Shown: one piece after another, positions 24,463-32,000 of the stretch
How the letters are laid out: the number at the start of each line of letters is the position of its first letter
How positions within the stretch are numbered: position 1 is the first letter of the stretch
NCBI RefSeq assembly: GCF_037902255.1
Contig: NZ_CP147990.1
Span: forward strand, 480,001 to 512,000
Length of the DNA stretch: 32,000 nucleotides
From: Candidatus Electrothrix sp. GW3-4
GTDB taxonomy: Bacteria; Desulfobacterota; Desulfobulbia; Desulfobulbales; Desulfobulbaceae
Direction of reading: 5' to 3'
Notes under the pieces: model-generated
Databases searched by the model: none
Seen by the model: only the letters and a program-made list of their open reading frames with translations
What the model was told of the DNA's origin: nothing
Position numbers and translations under genes: made by a program

Positions 24463-27400
24463 ATGAAAAGAGTACGCAAGGGATTTGCCAAAACACGCAA
24501 GCTTGTAGAACCACCGCATCTTATTGCTATGCAGCGGCACTCCTATGACCGTTTTCTGCAGATGAATGTTGATCCGTCTCAGCGAGAAGATATCGGTCTG
24601 CAGGCGATTTTTAAAAATATTTTTCCAATAAGCGATTTTAACGGGCTCTGTACGCTGGAGTTTGTCAGCTATTCTTTTGGAGAACACAAGTACACCGTCT
24701 CTGAATGTATCGAACGCGGGATGACCTATGAGGTCCCCGTCAAAATAACCGTTCGTTTGATTACCTTTGAAGTTGATGACGAGACCGGTGTCCAGACCGT
24801 CCGCGATATTAAGGAGCAGGAAGTCTTTCTTGGCTCGCTCCCGCTGATGACCGATGATGGTGTCTTTATAATAAACGGAACAGAGCGGGTTATTGTTAAT
24901 CAGTTACAGCGCTCTCCGGGACTGTTTTATACCCATGATAATGGTAAGTCCCATATTTCAAATAAACGCTTGTACTCTGCCCGGATTATTCCGGTGCGCG
25001 GTTCATGGCTCGATTTTGAGTTTGACATAAAAGATGTGTTACATGTCCGTATCGATAGGCGGCGTAAGCTTCCGGTAACGACCTTGCTCAGGGCCCTCGG
25101 GTATACAGATGAGGAGTTACTGCGTGAATTTTATCCTGTAGATACGGTGCAAATCACGGAAAACGGTTTTAAGGTCCTGTTTCAGCCGCAGACCTTTATT
25201 GGTCAGCGTTTGACAGCGGATCTGGTAAATCCCGCAGACGGTGAAGTGCTTGGCAAGAAAGGGCGAAAAATTTCCAAGGCCCTGGCCAAAAGAATCGCCA
25301 AGGCTGGTATAGAATCCATCGAGGCCTCAGCTGAGGAACTTCTTGGCCGGACTCTGGTCACCGAGCTGCTTCACCCCGAAACAGGCGAGGTCTTGGCAAA
25401 GTGCAATGACCAGCTGACTGAGGAGCTGATTGAAGCGATTCGAGAGAATAATATCGCCAGCTTTGAAGTTCTCTTTATAGATAACGTCAATATTTCTGAG
25501 GCGTTTAGAAAGACTCTTGCCGTTGATAAGGTCAAAAGTGTGGAGCAGGCCCTGGTTGAGATTTATCGACGACTCCGTCCTTCCAGCCCTCCCACTCTTG
25601 AAATTGCTCAGGAGTTTTTTAATAAGCTCTTCTACGATCCGGCCACCTATGATCTTTCCGTTGTCGGGCGCTATAAGATCAACTCCAAGCTTGGCCTTGA
25701 TACGCCTATAGAGCATCGTACCCTGACCAGGGAAGATATCGTTCTCAGCGTGAAGCATCTGGTGCGCCTAAAGGATGAACTGCGCGACGGTGATGATATC
25801 GATCATCTTGGTAATCGTCGGGTACGCACAGTTGGTGAGCTCTGTGAGAACCAGTATCGAATGGGCTTGGTTCGGATGGAGCGGGCGATCAAGGAGCGGA
25901 TGAACCTTCAGGAGGTAGAGACCCTGATGCCCCACGATCTGGTGAATCCTAAACCAGTGACCTCGGCTGTCAAAGAGTTCTTTGCCACCTCGCAGCTCTC
26001 CCAGTTCATGGATCAGACCAATCCGCTTTCCGAGGTGACCCATAAGCGGCGTCTGTCGGCATTGGGACCAGGCGGTCTGACCCGGGAGCGGGCTGGTTTT
26101 GAGGTGCGCGACGTTCACCCCACCCATTATGGACGTATTTGCCCGGTTGAGACACCAGAGGGGCCGAACATCGGCCTTATTGTTTCCCTGGCAACCTATG
26201 CCAAGGTGAACGCCTACGGCTTCATTGAATCTCCGTATCGATTGGTTAAGGATCGTCAGGTCACTGATGAGATTAAGGATTTCACAGCCATTCAGGAGCA
26301 GGGCAATGTGGTTGCGCCTGCTAACGCACATGTGAGTGAAGACGGGACTATTGTTGATGACAGCCTGATTGTCCGTATGGATGGTGAGGTTGTTACGGTC
26401 TCTTCTGATGAAGTGACAGCGATGGATATCGCGCCGAACCAGTTAGTTTCTGTGGCGGCCTCCTTGATCCCCTTCCTGGAAAATGACGATGCGAACCGGG
26501 CCCTGATGGGCTCTAACATGCAGCGTCAGGCAGTGCCTCTTTTGAAACCAGCCTCTCCTCTTGTCGGAACAGGGGTTGAAAAAAATCTGGCCCAGGATTC
26601 AGGGGCCTGTCTTCTGGCTGGTGGTGATGGTGTCGTGGAAGAGGTTGACGCGAACCGGGTGGTGATTCGCTACGACGAGCCAGGGACAGATAGGTTTGAT
26701 ACCGGAATCGGTGTATATCGTCTTTCAAAGTATAAAAAAACCAACCAAAATACCTGCTTTAATCAGAAGCCCTTGATTCTGCCCGGTACTCGAGTGAAAA
26801 AAGGCGATGTGCTGGCAGACGGCCCCTCTACCGAGATGGGCGAGCTTGCCCTGGGTAAGAATGTGACCATCGCCTTTATGCCGTGGCGGGGATACAACTT
26901 TGAGGACTCCATTCTGATTAATGAACGTCTCCTGAAAGAGGATACCTTTACCTCTGTTCACATCGAGATTTTTGATGTGGTCGCCCGTGATACGAAGTTG
27001 GGAAAGGAGGATATTACCCGTGATATTCCGAATATAGGCGATGAAGCCCTGCGCAATCTTGACGAATCCGGTATTGTTCGCATCGGTGCTGAGATTCGGG
27101 CCGGGGACATGTTGGTCGGCAAGGTAACTCCCAAGGGGGAAACCATGCTTTCTCCTGAAGAGAAACTCCTGCGGGCGATCTTTGGAGAAAAAGCAGGCGA
27201 TGTTAAGGATACTTCACTGAGAGTACCTCCCGGTGTTGAAGGCGTGGTTATTGACGCCAAGGTCTTCTCTCGCAAAGGCGTGGACAAAGACGAGCGCAGT
27301 CTGATGATTGAGGAGCAGGAAGTCAGCCGCCTGAATCGGGATATGGAGGATGAGCTCAGCAGTCTGAAAAACGGGGTTCGCAATAAGCTCTGCGACCTGA

Positions 27401-28551
27401 TGGTGAACCGGACAGCAAAAAAGGATATCCTTGATGCGGACGGTAATGTCATTCTTCCTCTCGGTAAAAAATTGACTGAAGAAAGCCTGGAGTCTGTGGA
27501 GTTTGAGCAGCTGCGCGGCCTTGATTTTTCAGAACGGGCCAAGTACGAGGATGACCTGGAGGATATCTTTAATAATTATTCACGCCAGGCCCAAGCTGTC
27601 CGTGAACGCTATGAAGGGATTGTTGCCCGGATGGAAAAGGGCGATGACCTGCCTCCGGGTGTCGTCAAGATGGTGAAAATCTATGTCGCCACCAAGCGGA
27701 AGCTGGCAGTGGGGGACAAGATGGCTGGACGACATGGCAATAAAGGTGTTGTTTCCAGGTTGCTACCGGAAGAGGATATGCCCTTTTTTCAGGATGGTAC
27801 CACGGTTGATGTGGTCCTGAATCCTCTGGGGGTTCCCTCCCGGATGAATGTCGGGCAGGTCCTTGAGTGTCATCTGGGTTTTGCTGCTAAGCGCTTGGGA
27901 GAGCAGGTGCAGAAGCTGGCCACGGCTTTTGAGGTTGAGCAGGTCAAGGATCGCCTCCGGACAATTTATTCTGAAGAGGAGTATACCGCAATAATCGGTG
28001 ACCTCTCAGATGAACAGCTGATTGATAAGATACGAAAGTACGGCCACGGCATTCACATGGCCACACCGGTCTTTGATGGTGCCACTGAGGCGGAGATTCG
28101 TAACCTGCTCATTGAGGCTGGCGTGGATGAGGTGGGCCAATCCACCCTGTTTGACGGCCTTACCGGCGAACAGTTTGATAATAAGGTGACCGTTGGTGTT
28201 ATGTACATGCTCAAGCTGCACCATTTGGTTGATAATAAGATTCACGCTCGTTCCACAGGACCGTACTCTTTGGTGACGCAGCAACCGTTAGGCGGAAAGG
28301 CGCAGTTCGGTGGTCAGCGACTTGGAGAGATGGAGGTCTGGGCTATGGAGTCGTACGGTGCCGCCTATACCTTGAAGGAATTCCTGACTGTCAAATCTGA
28401 TGATGTTGAAGGAAGAACCTCAATGTATGAAAAAATTGTCAAGGGCAATAATTTTCTTGATGCCGGGTTGCCTGAGTCCTTCCATGTTCTGGTGAAGGAA
28501 TTGAAAGGACTGTGTCTGGATGTTGAGCTGTTGTCAACAGACGATCAGTAA
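24463..28551 (+). CDS. rpoB: DNA-directed RNA polymerase beta subunit
   Basis: Start at [10 protein letters not shown] (ATG 24463, AGAGGGG upstream); the track ORF starts 19 codons earlier. Conserved blocks [27 protein letters not shown]. About 1362 aa. Confidence 0.97.
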   Translation: MKRVRKGFAKTRKLVEPPHLIAMQRHSYDRFLQMNVDPSQREDIGLQAIFKNIFPISDFNGLCTLEFVSYSFGEHKYTVSECIERGMTYEVPVKITVRLITFEVDDETGVQTVRDIKEQEVFLGSLPLMTDDGVFIINGTERVIVNQLQRSPGLFYTHDNGKSHISNKRLYSARIIPVRGSWLDFEFDIKDVLHVRIDRRRKLPVTTLLRALGYTDEELLREFYPVDTVQITENGFKVLFQPQTFIGQRLTADLVNPADGEVLGKKGRKISKALAKRIAKAGIESIEASAEELLGRTLVTELLHPETGEVLAKCNDQLTEELIEAIRENNIASFEVLFIDNVNISEAFRKTLAVDKVKSVEQALVEIYRRLRPSSPPTLEIAQEFFNKLFYDPATYDLSVVGRYKINSKLGLDTPIEHRTLTREDIVLSVKHLVRLKDELRDGDDIDHLGNRRVRTVGELCENQYRMGLVRMERAIKERMNLQEVETLMPHDLVNPKPVTSAVKEFFATSQLSQFMDQTNPLSEVTHKRRLSALGPGGLTRERAGFEVRDVHPTHYGRICPVETPEGPNIGLIVSLATYAKVNAYGFIESPYRLVKDRQVTDEIKDFTAIQEQGNVVAPANAHVSEDGTIVDDSLIVRMDGEVVTVSSDEVTAMDIAPNQLVSVAASLIPFLENDDANRALMGSNMQRQAVPLLKPASPLVGTGVEKNLAQDSGACLLAGGDGVVEEVDANRVVIRYDEPGTDRFDTGIGVYRLSKYKKTNQNTCFNQKPLILPGTRVKKGDVLADGPSTEMGELALGKNVTIAFMPWRGYNFEDSILINERLLKEDTFTSVHIEIFDVVARDTKLGKEDITRDIPNIGDEALRNLDESGIVRIGAEIRAGDMLVGKVTPKGETMLSPEEKLLRAIFGEKAGDVKDTSLRVPPGVEGVVIDAKVFSRKGVDKDERSLMIEEQEVSRLNRDMEDELSSLKNGVRNKLCDLMVNRTAKKDILDADGNVILPLGKKLTEESLESVEFEQLRGLDFSERAKYEDDLEDIFNNYSRQAQAVRERYEGIVARMEKGDDLPPGVVKMVKIYVATKRKLAVGDKMAGRHGNKGVVSRLLPEEDMPFFQDGTTVDVVLNPLGVPSRMNVGQVLECHLGFAAKRLGEQVQKLATAFEVEQVKDRLRTIYSEEEYTAIIGDLSDEQLIDKIRKYGHGIHMATPVFDGATEAEIRNLLIEAGVDEVGQSTLFDGLTGEQFDNKVTVGVMYMLKLHHLVDNKIHARSTGPYSLVTQQPLGGKAQFGGQRLGEMEVWAMESYGAAYTLKEFLTVKSDDVEGRTSMYEKIVKGNNFLDAGLPESFHVLVKELKGLCLDVELLSTDDQ

Positions 28552-28650
28552 CAGCGCTCCAGACAATAACGTAGCAACCAAGCATTTATAGAGTTTGATT
28601 TTGAAGGCAGCAGGTTACTGCTGCTGCATTAACAGGGGAGGGTAATCTTC

Positions 28651-31600
28651 GTGGAAGAACTGTTCAGCTTTTTTAACAAGCCGAAAGGGCCGCTTGTTTT
28701 TGACAAGGTTAAAATTTCCCTTGCGTCACCGACAAAGATACTTGAATGGTCCCACGGTGAAGTGAAAAAACCCGAGACCATTAACTACCGGACCTTTAAG
28801 CCGGAACGGGACGGTTTATTCTGTGCCAAGATTTTTGGACCAGTTAAGGATTACGAGTGTAATTGCGGAAAGTACAAACGTATGAAACACCGTGGCGTGG
28901 TCTGTGAAAAATGCGGTGTAGAGGTTATTCAGTCTAAGGTTCGACGAGAGCGCCTCGGTCATATTAAATTAGCCGCACCTGTGGCGCATATCTGGTTTTT
29001 AAAATCCTTGCCTACCAAGATTGGGTCGATACTGGATATGACGCTCAAGGAGATGGAGAGGATTCTCTACTTTGAGTCCTATGCCGTTATTCGTTCTGAG
29101 GAGGAAAGCATCCCGGTAGGGACCTTGCTTAATGAGGAACAGTATCAGGATGCAATGGAGCAATTTCCGGGGAGTTTTGAAGTCGGCATAGGCGCTGAAG
29201 CCATTCGTGATATGCTGAAGGATCTGGACCTGGTTGAGCTGTCAGCGCAGCTGCGCAAGGATATGAAGGAAACCGGGTCCGTTACTAAGCGCACCAAGCT
29301 TGGAAAACGATTAAATATTGCTGAGGCGTTTCGTGATTCCGGTAACCGGCCTGAGTGGATGATCCTGGAGGTCGTTCCGGTTCTTCCACCAGATCTGCGT
29401 CCCTTGGTGCCGTTGGAAGGTGGTCGTTTTGCAACCTCTGATCTTAATGATCTCTATCGTCGGGTTATTAACCGTAATAACCGTTTAAAGCGTCTGTTGG
29501 AGCTTGATGCGCCGGATATCATCATTCGCAACGAGAAGCGCATGCTTCAGGAAGCAGTGGACGTCCTTTTTGATAATGGACGCCGTGGTCGCACCATTAC
29601 CGGACCGAATAAGCGACCGCTGAAGTCATTGTCCGACATGCTGAAAGGAAAGCAGGGCCGCTTTCGTCAGAACCTGCTCGGTAAGCGGGTTGACTACTCG
29701 GGACGTTCCGTTATCGTTGTTGGGCCACATCTCCGTCTTCATCAATGTGGTCTGCCCAAGAAAATGGCTCAGGAGCTCTTTAAGCCTTTTATTTATAATA
29801 AGCTTGAATCATTAGGCTATGTAACGACCATTAAGAGTGCCCGGAAGATGGTGGAAAAGGGGGCAAAAGAGGTCTGGGATGTCCTGGATGACATTGTGCG
29901 CGAGTATCCGGTTATCCTGAACCGCGCCCCAACCCTGCATAGACTGGGGATGCAGGCCTTTGAGGTCGTGTTGATTGAGGGGAAGGCTATCCAGCTCCAT
30001 CCCTTGGTTTGCTCTGCCTTTAACGCCGACTTTGATGGCGACCAGATGGCAGTGCATCTCCCGCTGTCGGTTGAGGCCCAGGTTGAGGCCAGGGTCCTGA
30101 TGATGTCCACCAATAATATCCTCTCTCCGGCCAGCGGCAGCCCCGTTATTATACCGAGTCAGGATATTGTCCTCGGTCTTTACTATATGACCAGGGAACG
30201 CTACGGTGTTGCTGGTGAAGGGGCTGTTTTCAGCTCACCTGCTGAGGCGCGCATGGCTTATGACCACGGTGCAGCCCATCTCCAGGCAAGAGTGAAGGTA
30301 CGTCTGAACGGTGAATTGGTTAAGACAACGGTTGGAAGAATTATTGTTGGTGAACTTCTGCCGGAACGTATTCCCTTTGCTGTGGTTAATAAGGAGCTTT
30401 CCAAGAAAGAGCTGGGATTTCTGGTGGACTATACATACCGTCATGCTGGCACCAAAGATACCGTTATTCTTGCTGACCGTCTGAAAGACTTGGGATATGA
30501 GCAGGCGACCAGGGCAGGGATCTCTATCTGTATTAATGATATGAAGATCCCGGTCAACAAAGAAGAATTTGTTGAGGAGTCTGAGCGCAAGGCTGCCGAG
30601 GTGGATGAGCAGTATTCGGACGGTTTGATCACCGATGGTGAGAAATATAATAAGATCGTTGATATCTGGTCAAAGGCCACTGACAAAATCACCCAGGAAA
30701 TGATGGAAGAAATGTCTGTGGACTATGTCAGGGACGGGGAGGGGAACCTGCGTGATTTGAAGAGCTTTAACTCCGTCTACATTATGGCCGATTCTGGTGC
30801 TCGTGGTTCAAAAGACCAGATCAGGCAGTTGGCCGGTATGCGCGGGCTGATGGCAAAGCCCTCCGGTGCTATTATTGAAACACCGATTAAGGCGAATTTC
30901 CGTGAAGGGCTGTCAGTTCTGGAGTACTTTATCTCAACCCACGGTGCCCGTAAAGGTCTTGCAGATACAGCGTTGAAGACAGCGAACTCCGGTTACCTGA
31001 CCAGACGATTGGTCGATGTTGCCCAGGATTCCACGATTGTGGAGAAAGACTGTGGCACCATGCGCTACACAGTTGCTGAGCCTCTCCTGGATGGTGGTGA
31101 AGTTATTGTCCGTATTGGCGAGCGAATACTCGGTCGGGTTGCCAGTGACGACATCATTGATCCACAAAACGGTGACATCATCGTTGAGATGGATGAAGAG
31201 ATCACCGAAGAGAAAGTAGAGGCCATTGAAGCTGCTGGTATTGACCGGGTGCGGATTCGTTCCGTTCTGACCTGCGAATCGCGACGGGGAGTGTGCGCGA
31301 TGTGTTACGGTCGTGATCTGGGGCGTGGCCATATGGTAAATATCGGTGAGGCGGTTGGTATCATTGCTGCCCAGTCCATTGGTGAGCCGGGTACCCAGCT
31401 GACCATGCGGACCTTCCATATCGGTGGTACGGCAAGTCGATCTATTGAGCAGGCGGAAATCCGCAGCCAGCGCTCTGGTATTGTGCGCTATAAGGAACTG
31501 CACTCGGTAACCAATGCTGCTGGCTTTGAGGTGGTCATGAACCGCAATGCTGAGATCACCATTGTGGATGACCAGAATGTAGACCGGGAACGCTTTCCTG

Positions 31601-32000
31601 TGCCTTACGGAGCCGAAGTCCGGGTCGCCGATGGTGAGCGGGTAGAGCCGGGTACCGTTATTGCCGATTGGGATGCCTTTTCTATTCCCATTGTTGCAGA
31701 AGTCACTGGTCGGGTGAAGTATGGCGATGTTATTGAAGGTGATACCATGCAGGAGCGTGTTGACCAGGTGACCGGTAAGGTATCCAGGGTTATTATTCAC
31801 GCCACCACGGCGAAACACTCCAGCCCGAGGATTTCTCTCAAGGACGGTCGTGGTCGGACCATTAAGCTGCTTGAAGTCGAGCATGACGCCCGCTATCCAT
31901 TGCCTGTCGGTTCCATTATTACGGTTGATGAGGGGAATGAGGTGCCAGCGGGTACTGTGGTCGCAAAGATTCCGCGTGAAACCACCAAGACCAAGGATAT
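28651..32000 (+). CDS. rpoC: DNA-directed RNA polymerase beta' subunit (5' part, runs off the window)
   Basis: Absent from the track because there is no stop in the window. A GTG start 9 nt after GGAGGG gives [77 protein letters not shown]. The catalytic [12 protein letters not shown] motif lies near 30020-30060. Confidence 0.96.
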   Translation, partial: MEELFSFFNKPKGPLVFDKVKISLASPTKILEWSHGEVKKPETINYRTFKPERDGLFCAKIFGPVKDYECNCGKYKRMKHRGVVCEKCGVEVIQSKVRRERLGHIKLAAPVAHIWFLKSLPTKIGSILDMTLKEMERILYFESYAVIRSEEESIPVGTLLNEEQYQDAMEQFPGSFEVGIGAEAIRDMLKDLDLVELSAQLRKDMKETGSVTKRTKLGKRLNIAEAFRDSGNRPEWMILEVVPVLPPDLRPLVPLEGGRFATSDLNDLYRRVINRNNRLKRLLELDAPDIIIRNEKRMLQEAVDVLFDNGRRGRTITGPNKRPLKSLSDMLKGKQGRFRQNLLGKRVDYSGRSVIVVGPHLRLHQCGLPKKMAQELFKPFIYNKLESLGYVTTIKSARKMVEKGAKEVWDVLDDIVREYPVILNRAPTLHRLGMQAFEVVLIEGKAIQLHPLVCSAFNADFDGDQMAVHLPLSVEAQVEARVLMMSTNNILSPASGSPVIIPSQDIVLGLYYMTRERYGVAGEGAVFSSPAEARMAYDHGAAHLQARVKVRLNGELVKTTVGRIIVGELLPERIPFAVVNKELSKKELGFLVDYTYRHAGTKDTVILADRLKDLGYEQATRAGISICINDMKIPVNKEEFVEESERKAAEVDEQYSDGLITDGEKYNKIVDIWSKATDKITQEMMEEMSVDYVRDGEGNLRDLKSFNSVYIMADSGARGSKDQIRQLAGMRGLMAKPSGAIIETPIKANFREGLSVLEYFISTHGARKGLADTALKTANSGYLTRRLVDVAQDSTIVEKDCGTMRYTVAEPLLDGGEVIVRIGERILGRVASDDIIDPQNGDIIVEMDEEITEEKVEAIEAAGIDRVRIRSVLTCESRRGVCAMCYGRDLGRGHMVNIGEAVGIIAAQSIGEPGTQLTMRTFHIGGTASRSIEQAEIRSQRSGIVRYKELHSVTNAAGFEVVMNRNAEITIVDDQNVDRERFPVPYGAEVRVADGERVEPGTVIADWDAFSIPIVAEVTGRVKYGDVIEGDTMQERVDQVTGKVSRVIIHATTAKHSSPRISLKDGRGRTIKLLEVEHDARYPLPVGSIITVDEGNEVPAGTVVAKIPRETTKTKD

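Overview
The window looks like core chromosome of a sulfate-reducing deltaproteobacterium. The Desulfobulbales-like assignment is inferred only from gene content and order. On the minus strand (1-10456) there is a partial GT4-like glycosyltransferase, then a Na+-translocating NADH:quinone oxidoreductase cluster ordered apbE-nqrA-[2-kb island]-nqrB-nqrC-[326-nt palindrome cluster]-nqrD-nqrE-nqrF-nqrM-like. On the plus strand (10457-32000) the order is aprBA (APS reductase), qmoABC, a promoter, then tRNA-Thr(UGU)-Tyr-Gly-Thr(GGU)-tuf. This continues with rpmG, tRNA-Trp, secE, nusG, rplK, rplA, rplJ, rplL, rpoB and the 5' part of rpoC. Most of this is conserved housekeeping or energy metabolism and is called with high confidence from motifs. 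Non-routine signal 1: an AT-rich 1979-nt accessory island (6062-8040) sits exactly in the nqrA/nqrB junction. It carries a very acidic 114-aa protein and a MntA-like minimal nucleotidyltransferase with no HEPN partner. It also carries an unrecognised 238-codon frame with one in-frame TAG, bracketed by a perfect 9-bp inverted repeat, and a truncated HTH antitoxin fragment. Non-routine signal 2: a dense array of at least eight hairpins or palindromes fills the otherwise unexplained nqrC-nqrD spacer. Non-routine signal 3: the nqr/apbE genes are more GC-rich, with GC-ending codons, than the apr/qmo/translation genes. No CRISPR array, transposase or integrase is visible. All family assignments come from motif recognition by eye and no searches were run.
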